DNA from: the human T2T-CHM13v2.0 reference genome, Homo sapiens
Assembly: GCF_009914755.1 (NCBI RefSeq)
Contig: NC_060927.1
Strand: one strand, 5' to 3'
Length of the DNA stretch: 64,000 nt
Shown here: one piece after another, positions 51,641-64,000 of the stretch
Layout of the letters: every line of letters begins with the position of its first letter
Numbering within the stretch: position 1 is the stretch's first letter
Translations under genes and position numbers: made by a program
The notes under the pieces: generated by a model
Told to the model about the DNA's origin: nothing
Seen by the model: only the letters and a program-made list of their open reading frames with translations
Databases searched by the model: none

Positions 51641-52707
51641 TAAACAATATTGAGGGGGCTGCTTTTTAGTTTAGAAAAGGAAGACTTATAAAGAAATTCA
51701 CCAAAATACCAGGTACGAAATTCACCTAAATACCAGTAGTAGTTACCTCTGTGTGTTCTGATTACTGGTGCATTTTTAGTTTTTTCTCAAACCTTTTTTG
51801 TGGTTTCAAAGTTTGTGTTTGATTTTTGTTGTTGCTGTTGTTTACCATTTAGCACATTTAATGTTATAATAAAATATTTTTAAATAATACTTATACCCAT
51901 AAAAAGGGAAAATTAACAAATTAAAAAATGTTTATTTACAGCTGAGTCTATAGCCACTACTCTGACAAAGAGAGAGGAAAACAAGTACCAAAGATACCTT
52001 CTCCACAGTGGTCTGTTTGTGTCTCTTCCTGTGCCTTCAGAGCCCTCTAATAGGCCTGTCTACATCAGCCCCTCACCCCCACCCCATTCCGCTCCACCCT
52101 AACCAATACATGTAAATTTCAAGTGCACCAGTGCCAGAAACCACACAGAACCACCCCCACTTTATTCCTGAACCATTTTTGTTTTCTCCACTTTCAGCCT
52201 GACTCCTGATTTTCTATTCAGGATCCCTTTCGCACCCCTCCCCTGTGCCATGGTCTTCGTGTTGATTTTGACTTTGCCTCAGACACAGGTCTCTGGTTCT
52301 TTCTACGCCAGACCAGAGTAAGAAGTCCACTCCAAGTATAGGTCCCCCCAGGTTAGCCCTCTGGGCCTTGGGGGTGAGAGGGAAATACAATCTGTAGGTG
52401 AGATTGTGCAAAGTAGTTTGAGCCATACTCTCTGGGGACCGTAATTAGTGAGCTGCTTAGGGAAAAAAACAAACGAACAAACAAACAAAAACATGAATGC
52501 AGTTTTCTTAAACTTCCTCCTCCAAACACTCATTATGTCTCATCTTTAAACTTGAGGTCTCAAGCAAAAGGATTACCACAAGAAAGTATTGCTTTGGGAG
52601 GTACCCTGGGGAGGAAATGAAATGTTTGTGAGGGTTAGACCTGTCTTATGCATTAGAGCCCACCAATTCTGAGGCTGCTCGCCTCCCTGGACTAAATGGT
52701 ACTTCAA

Positions 52708-53010
52708 TTTTTTTTTTTTTTTTTTTTTTTGAGACGGAGTCTCACTCTGTTGCCCAGGGTGGAGTGCAATGGCATGATCTCGGCTCACTGTAACCTCCAC
52801 CTGCTGGGTTCAAGCGATTCTCGTGCCTCAGCCTCCTGAGTAGCTGAGACTACAGGCGTGTACCATCATGCCTGGCTAACGTTTTGCATTTTTAGTAGAG
52901 ATGGGGTTTCACCATGCTGACCAGGCTAGTCTCAAACTCCTGACCTCGTGATCCACCCACCTTGGCCTCCCAAAGTGCTGGGATTACAGGCGTGAGCCAC
53001 CGCGCACAGC
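52708..53010 (-). mobile_element. Alu SINE, AluS type (Sg-like)
   Basis: Poly-T tail, full dimer, 'gacctcgtgatcc'. TSD cttcaatt at 52702-52709 and 53010-53017. Confidence 0.95.
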
Positions 53011-53969
53011 TTCAATTATTTTTAGTTAGGATAAAATGAAAGTTTTCAAAACCTGTCAACCTAGTCTCGAGGTCTGGCCAAAGGGTTTCACATGCCTTTT
53101 AATTCTATCAAATGCAAAATCCAAGCAATATCTTGTTATAACTTGCATTCTACTCAACCATTTCCCTAAGTAGCAGAATATTTCCTGATCTAAAAACTTT
53201 TAACCAGATCTGACATTTCTCTGTCAGTGTCTAAAGCCGATGGCAAAGGCAAGCAAACTGTCCCTGGAAAAGGTGGGACTTGAATGTCATGACCCTTTGT
53301 ATTACTTTGCTGGGCAAAAATTTTGGGTCCAATTTTTGAAGCAAACTGCAATTGCAACTTCTTTTTTACTTATTTGGGAGTCAAAGGAACAAATTTCTCC
53401 TTAATTTCATTAGTTTCTGTAGAGCAAAAATTGTGAGTCTTCAGTAAAAGCCAAATACAAATTCCTTTTCATATAAACTACATATGTATCAAAAGATTAA
53501 ATAAATGAAATTGCTAAACAAAAGGGGCTTTAAATAAGAATATGAGAATAATGTTCACTCTCCCCCAGTGAAAACCATCCAAGGTAGGGTATGTGGTTTG
53601 GGCCTACCTACTTAAGAGTAGGTGTCTCAAATTATTAATGCTATTTGTTCTTATAAGAAAGAAAAATTATTATTTGACCATACAAGGGATTTTAGACCTC
53701 ATTCAAGGACTCAACTGCAGACCCCATATGATATTAATGATAGCCGTTGGTCACTGTAGTCACCAATTACTATTTCCACTTCAGCATACATCATATTTTA
53801 GGCAAAAATTTCCTTTTTCCAAAGTATCTGTCAGCAAATAGCATGCAATGATTTGTTCCCCCAAAGTTAGAAATTTGCTCATAGATCATAAAGGAGGTCA
53901 TTTCTAGTCTTTTTTTTTGTAGAAACCAAGATCCTTTTTTGTAGATACTAGGATCCCTCTCTGTGGTAC

Positions 53970-56298
53970 TGTATTAGTCCATTTTCACACTGCTGATAAA
54001 GATATGCCTGAGACCGGGCAATTTACAAAAGAAAGAGGCTTATTGGACTTACAGTTCCATGTGGCTGGAAAGGCCTCACAATCATGGCAGAAGGTGAAAG
54101 GAAGGAGGAGCAAGTCATGTCTTACATAGAGGGCGGCTGGTGAAAAGAGAGAGCTTGTGCAGAGAAACTCCCATTTTTAAAACCATCAGATCTCATGAGA
54201 CCCATCCACTATAACAAGAACTGCACAGGAAAGACCCGCCCCCATGAGTCAATCATCTCCCACCTGGTCCCTCCCACAACACATGGGAATTATGGGAGCT
54301 CCAAGATGACATTTGGGTGAAGACACAGTGCTAAACCATATCATTCTACCCTTGGCCCCTCCCAAATCTCATATCTTCACATTTCAAAACCAATCATGCC
54401 TTCCCAACAGTCCCCAAAAGTCACAACTTATTTTGGTATTAACTCAAAAGTCTACAGTCCAAAGTCCCATTCAAGAAAAGGTAAGTCCCTTCTGCCTATG
54501 AGCCTATAAAATCAAAAGCAAGTTAGTTACTTCCTAGATACAATGGGGGTACAGGTATTGGGTAAATACAGCCATTCCAAATGGGAGAAATTAGCCAAAA
54601 CAAAGGGGCTACAGGTCCCATGCAAGTCCTAAGTCCAGCAGGGCAGTCAAATCTTAAAGCTCCAAAATGATTTCCTTTGATTCCATGTCTCACATCCAGG
54701 TCATGCTGATGTAAGAGGTAGGTTCCCAAAGTTTGGGCAGCTCCAGCCTATGGCTTGGCAGGGTATAGCCTCCCTCCCAGCTGCCTTCATGAGCTGGCAT
54801 TGAGTGTCTGTGGCTTCTCCAGGTGCACAGTGCAACCTGTCAGTGAATCTACCATTCTGGGGTCTGGAGGATGGTGGCCCTCTTCTCAGTAGGTGGTGTT
54901 CCACTAGGTGGTGCCCCAGTAGGAACTCTGTGGGGGGCTCCAACCACACATTTCCTTTCTGCACTGCCGTAGCAGAGGTTCTCCATGAGGGCCCCGCCCC
55001 TGCAGCAAGCTTCTGCCTGGGCATCCAGACATTACCATTCATCCTCTGAAATCTAGGCAGAGGTTCCCAAACCTCAATTCTTGACTTCTGTGTGCCCCCA
55101 TGCTCAACACCACATGAAAGATGCCAAGGCTTGGGGCTTACACCCTCTGAAGCCACAGCTGGAACTGTATCTTGGCCCCTTTTAGTCACAGCTGGAACAG
55201 CTGGGATGCAGGGCACCAAGTCCCTAGACTGCACACAGCACAAGGACCCTGGGCCCAGCCCACGAAACCATGTTTTCCTCCTAGGCCTCCAGGCCTGTGA
55301 TGGAAGGGGACGCCATGAAGACCTGTGACATGCCCTGGAGACATTTTCCCCATTGTCTTGGGGATTAACATTTGGCTCCTCATTACTTATGCAAATTTCT
55401 GCAGCCAGCTTGAATTTCTCCTCAGAAAATGGGATTTGGTTTTCTATCGCATTGTCAGGCTGCAAATTTTCCAAAAAATGCTCTGCTTCCCTTATAAAAC
55501 TAAATGCCTTTAACAGCACCCAAATCACCTCCTGAATGTTTTGCTTCTTAAAAATTTATTCTGCCATCTAGATACCCTAAATCATCTCTCTCAAGTTCAA
55601 AATTCCACAAAACTCTAGGGCAGGGGCAAAATGCCACCAGTCTCTTTAAAATATAACAAGAGTCACCTTTGCTCCAGTTCCCAACAAGTTCCTCATCTCC
55701 ATCTGAGACCACCTCAACCTAGACCTTATTGTTCATATCACTATCAGCATTTTTGTCAAAGTCATTCAACAAGTCTCTAGGAAGTTCCAAACTTTCCCAC
55801 ATTTTCCTGTCTTCCTCTGAGCCCTCCAAACTGTTTCAGCCTTTGCCTGTTACCCAGTTCCAAAGTCACTTTCACATTTTTGGGTATCTTTTCAGCAGCA
55901 CTCCACTCTACTGGTACCAATTTACTGTATTAGTCTGTTTTCATGCTGCTAATAAAGACATACCTGAGACTGGGCAATTTACAAAAGAAAGAGGCTTATT
56001 GGACTTACAGTTTCATGTGGCTGATGAGGCCTCACAATCATGGCAGAAGGTGAAAGGCAAGGAGGAGCAAGTCACATCTTAAATGGATGGTGACAGGCAA
56101 ATAGAGAGAGCTTGTGCAGAGAAACTCCTGTTTTAAAACCATCAGATCTCATGAGACCCATTCACTATCAAGAGAACTGCACAGGAAAGACCCATCCCCA
56201 TGATTCAATCATCTCCCACCTGGTCCCTCCCACAACACATGGGAATATGGGAGCTACAAGATGAGATTTGGGTGGGGACACAGAGCCAAACCATATCA
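53970..56298 (-). mobile_element. Full-length THE1A MaLR element (5' LTR 55926-56298, internal 54344-55925, 3' LTR 53970-54343)
   Basis: Two direct LTRs with tgtattag...ccatatca termini and an internal region of about 1.58 kb. Purine-rich tract adjacent to the 3' LTR on the minus strand. 5-bp TSD ggtac at 53965-53969 and 56299-56303. Confidence 0.96.
54701..55528 (-). pseudogene. Remnant of the THE1/MaLR internal ORF (275 open codons, GTG start)
   Basis: Translation contains MaLR-ORF-like segments 'ENLQPDNAIE', 'FSEEKFKLAAEICISNEEPNVNPQDNGENVSRAC', 'KSRIEVWEPLPRFQRM'. Lies inside THE1-int. Confidence 0.8.
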
Positions 56299-56707
56299 GG
56301 TACACTCTACTCAAGATCCCACCCACCAGCATGTTCTGTTCACTAGTACAAAAACATGAATAAAAGTACTCAATTCTCAGGCAGCATACTCCAAAGTCAT
56401 AGCAACATCTCTAAGAATATTGTTGTTTGAAAATTCTAATGCCAGTCAAAATGAAGTAAGCCCACTTCAACTTTTTCTCCCACTGGTTACAACTAAAAAC
56501 TCAGACAAAATACAAAAAGCAAATACTTGCTGACTCTAAAAAATAACAATAGTAGGTAGATTAGGGAAGGAGGCAACATAAAAAGTGATGTATTTCAAGG
56601 AATGTTTCCTAGTTTTTTTTTAATTCTTTTATCCTCTGAATTTGACTCAATGGTGGACCACTGCAGAACTATGCAGCAGACAGGGATTTTTAAATACTGA
56701 GAAAATC

Positions 56708-56982
56708 AGCGAGTCATGGTGGCTCACACCTGTAATCCCAGCACTTTGGGATTCTGAGGCAGGCAGATTGCTTGAGTCCAGGAGTTCAAGACCAGCCTGG
56801 GCAACATGGTGCAACCCCGTCTCTACAAAAAATATAAAAAATTAGCCAGGTATGATGGCATGCACCTGTAGTCCCAGCTACCCAGGAGACTGAGTTGGGA
56901 GGATCACCTAAGCCCAGGAGGTCAAGGCTTCAATGAGCCCTGACTGCTCCACTGCACTCCAGCCTGGGAAACGGGGCAGAGA
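56708..56982 (+). mobile_element. Alu SINE, AluJ type, tail missing
   Basis: AluJ diagnostics 'attgcttgagtccaggag', 'gcctgggcaac', 'gggaggatcacctaagcccaggaggtcaaggct'. Confidence 0.92.
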
Positions 56983-57384
56983 ATCTGGAAAAAGGAACCC
57001 TGTGAGCTAAAGAATGTAGATAAAATCTTAGAGATAAGATAGCTGGAGAAAGGGACCCCCTAATTCTGCCGCAAGTTCCAAGATAATTTCTAAGCTGTGC
57101 TTACACAAGATAAATCCAATGCATCATAGCAAAGCCTTTGAAATCTGAACTACAGTATCATCCACCACCCATGTCTCAGAATGTCATGTGCATGGACTAC
57201 ACCCAAAACAGTATAATAAAACTAGGCTAGCATTGGAACCACTGACCACAGATGGCAAGAGAGAACTTGCACTTTGAACTTAATCGATTGATTACCTGCT
57301 AAAACAATAAAATTAACATTCTCCAGAGAATTTAATGGGACAGAGATTTATTACATAATGTTCAAAATGTTCAGAATAAAATAA

Positions 57385-57709
<325 letters not shown>

Positions 57710-58275
57710 CAAAAGTACTCAATGTTTAAAGAACTAGTACAATGTGATCGACTTTCAAGGAAAAATATATTCAACGAATGCCAATTCTAAGATGAAACAG
57801 ATTTTGGAATCATCAGACAAATACTTTAAAGAGCTGTTATAAACAGGCTTCATCAAGCAAAGGTAAACACTGTTTAAATGGAAAGGTAGACATTTTCATC
57901 CAGAGAAATTTAAAAAAAAATTTTAAGTGGACATTTCAGAACTGAAAAAGAGAATATGAACATGTGAAATAAATAATTCACTGAATGGGCTCAATAGCCC
58001 ATTGGGCTCACCCCATGGTCTCAATAGCTCAATAGAATGGAGATGACAGAGGAAAGAGACAGCAAGCTTGAAAACATATCAGTAGAAATTACCTATTTTA
58101 AACAACAACAACAGAAGATTTTAGAAAGTGAATACAGCCTCAGGAACCTATGGAATCATATCAAAAGTTCTGACATTTGTGACTGACATTGGAGTGCCAA
58201 AATTAGAAGAGAAGGTTGGTTCAGATAACGTTTTGAAGAAATAATGACCAAAAACTTACTAAATTTTCTGAAAAA

Positions 58276-59870
58276 TGTGGAAATGAACCTCTATGAATGG
58301 ACACAGAATGGAAAGGTATTTATGTTCCATATAAATGCTCACCTAAGGAAATCCATTACAGAGGACGTTCTTCATAACATAGACAAGGTAAAATGTTCTG
58401 TGGATACAAATCACCCCAATGTGTGTTCAACAGATCATGTACAAAGTGGGCATAGTGGCAGGGCATCAGTTATACATGGGCCCAACAACATAGATTTCCC
58501 CTCACCAAGGCAGACTTTACTACTGCTATTGCTAAGTATCTAACTTGCCAGCAGCAGAGCCCAACCCTGCATCCTAAAATGCCCTAAGGGGACTAGCCAG
58601 ACACCTACACATAAGTTGACTATAATACATCCATTTCATCACAGAAGGGAAAACAATATGCTTTCACTTGACTAGGCATTAATTTTGGATGTGAATTTGT
58701 CTTATCTATCTATGCTTCTACCAGCATGGCATTCCATGCAATTGCAAACTGCCATGTCAACATCATGGTTTTCTACACATATTGTTTCTGATCAAGGAAC
58801 TCTCTTCACAGCAAAAGAGGTGGAGCAATGGGCTCATGCCCATGGTATTGCATGCCTCATCACTCTAAAACAGCAGAACTGATAGAATGATGAAGTGATA
58901 CGCTAAAGATCTAGTTACAGAACCAGCTGGCAGATAATAGCATGAATGGATAGGGTTCTATTATGCAGGATTCAGTACACAGTTTGCATTGGTCACAAAT
59001 CTATGGTGCCACTTCACTAACTACAAGAATACAGCAATCCAGGAATCAAAGGGCAGAAGTGAAAACGGTTCTTCTCACTACAATACCTAAATTACACTAG
59101 CATAACTTTTCATTCCTGTTTCCTCCACCTTGAGTTCTGGTGGTTTGGAGATCTTTGTTCCCCAGAACAAAGGAATGCTTTCACCAGGACACAAAATAAT
59201 GACTTCTATTGGATTGGACATTGAGACAAGTCACATGGTCATTTGGGCTCCTCATGCTGCTGGAATAATTGATCCTGATTAGTGAGGGTTAGGTTACCAC
59301 CACTAAATGACAGCACAGAGGACTATGTCTAAAACAAAGAGAATTTTCTGGGCTGGCTGTTAGTAGTTCCCTGTTCAACAGTGAAAAATCAATGGAAAAC
59401 TACAGAAGACCAAAAATGGCAGGACCACTAAAGACTTAGGCCCTTCAGAAATGAAGGTTTCAGTCACCCCACGTCATAAAGAACACATACTAGCTGAGGT
59501 TTTCTAAAAGCAAAGGAAACATGGATATCGGAAGAAATAAATTATAAATGCCAGCTATAGACTTGTTATTAGTTATAAAAACATGGACTGTAGAGCTGTG
59601 CATACTTTTTTCCTTGCTTATTGTATATGTGTGTATATGTTTGTGTGTTCTGCCTCTCTCCTAGTTCCCCTTATTATTTTTACAAGTATTAGTGGAGATG
59701 GTTAATTATACAATATGAAGATAACAGTGTTCACATAAGATCATGATTGAATTTGATGAGATGGATACAAGAACTATCTTCCAATGTTTGTTGGAACTGT
59801 ATATCTCCTCATGTTGGAAAAAGAGTGAATCTTTGTTTGTACAAAGTATAGTTGAATCCTTTTAGGTGAA
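58276..59870 (+). mobile_element. ERVL internal fragment (RNase H end, integrase, dUTPase remnants), no LTRs seen
   Basis: Translations 'LYEWTQNGKVFMFHINAH' (cf. ERVL IFVSHVNAH), 'QSGHSGR' (HHCC region), and 'IVSDQGTLFTAKEVEQWAHAHGI' (ERVL integrase core). DNA for dUTPase-like 'GHLGLLM' and 'AGIIDPD'. Multiple stops and frameshifts. Confidence 0.88.
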
Positions 59871-59900
59871 TATTTATAGCAACCTTACTAACAATAGTCA

Positions 59901-60209
<309 letters not shown>

Positions 60210-60273
60210 GAGAAACAACCCAAATATTCATCAGTAAAGATAATGTGGTATGTTCATACAATAAAATACTACT

Positions 60274-60693
60274 TGATATGGTTTGGATCTGTGTCCCCAC
60301 CAAACCTCATGTCAAATTGTAATCCTCAGTGTTGGAGGTGGGGCCTGGTGGAAGGTGATTGGATCTTGGGAGTGGAGTTCTCATGAATGGTTTAGTGCCA
60401 TCCCTTTGGTGCTGTTCTCGTGATAGTGAGTGAGTGAGTTATCATGAGATCTAGTTGTTTAAAAGTGTGTAGCAGCTCCTCCCTCTCTCCTCCTCTTGTT
60501 CCTGCCATGTAAGCTGCCTCACTCACCCTTTGCCATCTGCCATGATTAAAAGCTCCCTGAGGCCTCCCCAGAAGCAGATGTCACTATGCTTCCTGTACAG
60601 CCTGCAGAACCATGAGCCAATTAAACCTCTTTTCTTTATAAATAACCCAGTCTCAGGTATTTATTTATAGCAGTGTGAGAACGACCTAATACT
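60274..60693 (+). mobile_element. MSTA-like solo LTR
   Basis: Starts 'tgatatggtttggatctgtgtcccc'; ends 'ctaatact'. Near-TSD ctact/ctacc. Confidence 0.92.
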
Positions 60694-60920
60694 CTACCCA
60701 ATAATATAAAGGAATGTCCTGGGACTTGCACTTCCAGGAGATGGAGTAGATGTACTTTTCCCTATTGCCTCCTCTAAATACAACTAAAAACACTCTACAT
60801 TTTACATAGAAGATAAAGATAAGAAGACTGAAAGTGTAAATAAGAAAGCAGACAAGCTAGGAAGCTCAGCACCCAAGGTGTCAGAGGTGATGTCAGAGAA
60901 GACTTAAGGAAGTGTCATCT

Positions 60921-61260
60921 GTGTTACATAAATGAGCCAAATATGACCTCTGTGTATTGGCCCCTGGCTTGTCTACTTCTTCACAGAAGGCTGAGATTAA
61001 TTCACTCAAAAGCCAACTAGTATCAAACTCAAGTTTTACAAATCCAGTTACTTCAAACACAGCTCAAAGAAGCAGACTGTTAGCCATTTAGAGCCTGTCT
61101 GCTTTGCATAGCCTATGAAACTGTACCAAACATCTACTAATCATAGATAAGATAAAACCAGCAGTGATAACAATCCCATTCACAGCGCTCTGACCCAAAG
61201 ACTCCTGATTACTTATATGTGTTAAGTTCCCTCTCTGATCCACCTCTCTCCTTCTCTGGC
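60921..61260 (+). mobile_element. ERV1-type LTR fragment (MER90-like)
   Basis: 'ataaatgagccaaatatgacctctgtgtattggcccct', 'tagccatttagagcctgtctgctttgcata', 'gataagata' resemble the remembered MER90 consensus. Confidence 0.65.
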
Positions 61261-61261
61261 A

Positions 61262-64000
61262 AGACCCAGAGAAGATAAATCTAAAGAAATCCACACCTAG
61301 GTACTTTATACTCAAACTGTGGAAAACTAAAGACAAACAAAATGTCTTAAAAGCAGCAAGAGTGAAATAACAACTTATCTAACTTATCTATAGGTAGAAA
61401 ACAGTTCAAATGACAATGAATTTCTCATCAGAAACCATGAAGGCCAGAAAATAATGACGTATTTTTCAAGTTCTGAAAGACCTGTTAACCCAGAAGCCTA
61501 TATGCAATGAAAATATTCTTTATGAATGAAGGGAAATTAAGAAATTTTCAGATGAAGGAAAACAAAAGAATCTGTCTCCAACAGACTTATCCAAAAACAA
61601 AGCTTAAAGGAAGATCTTTAAACAGGAAGGAAATGATAAAAGAAGGCACTTTGAAACATCCAGCAGGAAGAAGAAACACAGTAACTGAACATAGGAGAAA
61701 ATATAATACTTTTCTCTTGAGTTTTCTAAATCATATTTGAAATTTAAAGAAAAAATTATAACACTCTGTGATATAGTTCTAAATGCATGTCAAGAAAATA
61801 AGAAAATTATATTATAAATGAAAGTGGATAAAGTGACACAGAGGGAGGTAAGGTTTGCATACTTCACTTGAACTGGTAAAATGACACACCAGGAGACTGT
61901 GTTATGTGCATATAATGTAATACCTACAGCAGCCACCTAAAAAGCTATCTAAAAAGACATACTTAAGAATAGATACGAATAGATAATCAAAATGGAATTC
62001 TATAGAATGTTTAAGTAACCCACAAGAAGGCAGAAAAACGTAAACAGAAACAAAAAAGAGAACAAAGGAAAACAAAAAATTAAATGGCAAACTTAAGATC
62101 TAACATAATAATTACATTAAATGTAAATAGTCTAAACATGTTAAAGACATATTGACAGCATAGATTTAAAAACATGACCCCAACATATACTATCTACATG
62201 TAACTCATGTCAAATATTACAAGGTTGTATTTGAATATAGGCAGGTTGAAAGTAAAAGAAAATGGTAGATAGTAGAAAGTAAAAGAAAGTGGTAGATAGT
62301 AGATGATAGATAATCATGTAAACATTAATAAAAAGAAAGCAGAGTGGCTATATTATTAGACAGAGAAGACATCAAAGTAAAGAAAATTACTAAAGATAGA
62401 GAGAAACATTATGTAATGACAAAAAGGGTCAATTTACCAAAAGACATAGTAATCCTATATGTATATGTGCCAAACAACAGGGACATAAAATAATTGAAGC
62501 AAAATCTGATAGAAATGAAAAGATAAATAGACAAATCCACAATTTTACTGGAAAACTTTAACACCTCTCTCTCAACAATTGATAGAATAACTGGACAGAA
62601 GATCAGCAAGGATATAAAACTCAGTAGCACCACCGACCAACCATATCTAATAAAGATTTATAGGATGCTTCCCACAACAACAGCAAAATACATATTCTTT
62701 GCAAGTGCCAATGGCACAAATATAAAGAAAGATCATCTCCTGGGCAAACAAATTATACAAATCACAACAAATTTAAAATGACTGAAGTCATACCAAGTAT
62801 ATTATCTGAGGACAATGGAATAAAACTACAAATCAGTAGCAGAAAGATAATAGTCTCCAAACACCCAGAGCCTAAACAACATGCATTTAAATAATTTATG
62901 GGATAAAGCAGGAGCTACAAGATAAATTTTAAAAATACACTAAGCTGAATAAAAATAAAAATGAACAACTCAAACTTTGTGGAACACAGTGAAAGCATGC
63001 TGAAATGAAAATTTTTAGCACTAAAAAAGAAAAAAATCTCAAATCAATCTAATCTCGCACCTCAAGAATCTAGAAAAAGAAGAGTGAAATAAACCCAAAA
63101 CAAGCAGAAGAAAGATAATAAGAAAGATGAAGACAGAAATTTATAAAATTGAAAACAGAAAAATAGTAGAGCAAATCAGTGAAACAAAGAGAAGTTTCTT
63201 AAAAAAAAATCAATAAATATCTAAAAGCCTCTAGCAAGAGTGACAAAGAAATAAAAAGAAGACACAAATTACCAGTAACAGGAATGAAACAGAAGATATT
63301 ACTACAGACATCAAAAGGATAATAAGGGAATATTCTGAATAACTCCACATACAGAAATTTGACAATTTAGAGATTATAGATTAATTCCTCAGAAAACTCA
63401 AACTACCACAACTCACCCAATATGAAATAGATCATTTAAATAGCCCCACAACTATTAAGGAAATTGAATTAATAATTTTTTAAACCCACCAAAAGGAACA
63501 CCCCAGGACAAGAAAGCTTCAACAGGTAATTCTATTCAACATTTAAAGAAGAAATAATGTTCATTCTACATAATCTTTTTCCAGAAAATAGTAGTGAATA
63601 CTTTTTTGTTCATTTTATGAAGCTACTATTACCCTGATTCTAAAACATGAAAAAAAAAACACAAAAAAGAAAAGCACAGATCAAAATTCCTGATGAACAC
63701 AGAAACAAAAATTCTCAACAAAATATTAGCAAATAGAATCTAGCAATACATGAAAAGAATTACATGCCATGACCAAGTAGAGATTATTCTAAGGATGTAA
63801 ATCTGCTTTAGTATTCAAAAATCAATCAATGTAATCCACCATTTGAACAAACTAAAGAAAAAAAATCACATGCTTATATAAATTGAAGGAGAGAGATTGG
63901 TTTATACAACTCAACACCTATTAATGATATTTTTTAAATCTCCCAGCAAAGAATAGAGAACATTCTTAACTTCATAGAGAGCATCTACCAAAAAACCTTA
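61262..64000 (+). mobile_element. Old L1 (L1MC/MD-like): ORF1 C-terminus, spacer and degenerate ORF2, running off the window
   Basis: ORF1 'aaatccacacctagg', 'ttctcatcagaaaccatgaaggccagaa'. ORF2 start region 'attacattaaatgtaaatagtctaaac' (ITLNVNGLN-like) near 62110. RT-region 'catgaccaagtag...aaaatcaatcaatgtaatccacc'. Many stops. Confidence 0.9.
62248..62301. repeat. 27-bp tandem duplication (2 copies, 1 mismatch)
   Basis: gaaagtaaaagaaa(a/g)tggtagatagta at 62248-62274 and 62275-62301. Confidence 0.93.

Noticed and set aside
53909-53955. Degenerate ~22-bp duplication (T-run, gtaga.ac.a.gatc) next to THE1A
   Set aside because: Short, several mismatches, anchored on T-runs; unrelated to the 5-bp TSD.
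58244-58882. Integrase-like ORFs as an active or domesticated gene
   Set aside because: Short fragments broken by stops and frameshifts; a decayed ERVL pol.

Overview
Primate (human-like) non-coding genomic DNA. I found no credible protein-coding exon, RNA gene or CpG island. Much of the window is interspersed repeats: Alu (J, S and Y types, most with target-site duplications, TSDs), many ERVL-MaLR/ERVL LTRs (MLT1, MLT2, MST, THE1, LTR16/33-like), one complete THE1A provirus-like element (LTR-internal-LTR with a 5-bp TSD, 53970-56298), an LTR-less ERVL pol/dUTPase remnant, two Gypsy-like LTR fossils, old and young L1 pieces, L2 and MIR fossils, hAT DNA-transposon relics and simple repeats. 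LTR orientations are about balanced, which fits an intergenic location. The ORF track is almost entirely repeat-derived or chance ORFs. I do not see a novel biological system. The best leads are modest: a THE1A internal reading frame apparently kept open by compensating indels, an in-frame L1-ORF1/ERVL-pol junction, recent short tandem duplications inside ancient L1s, and a few repeat-free islands that may be regulatory. Subfamily names come from remembered consensus sequences, not from a search, and boundaries of old elements are approximate.
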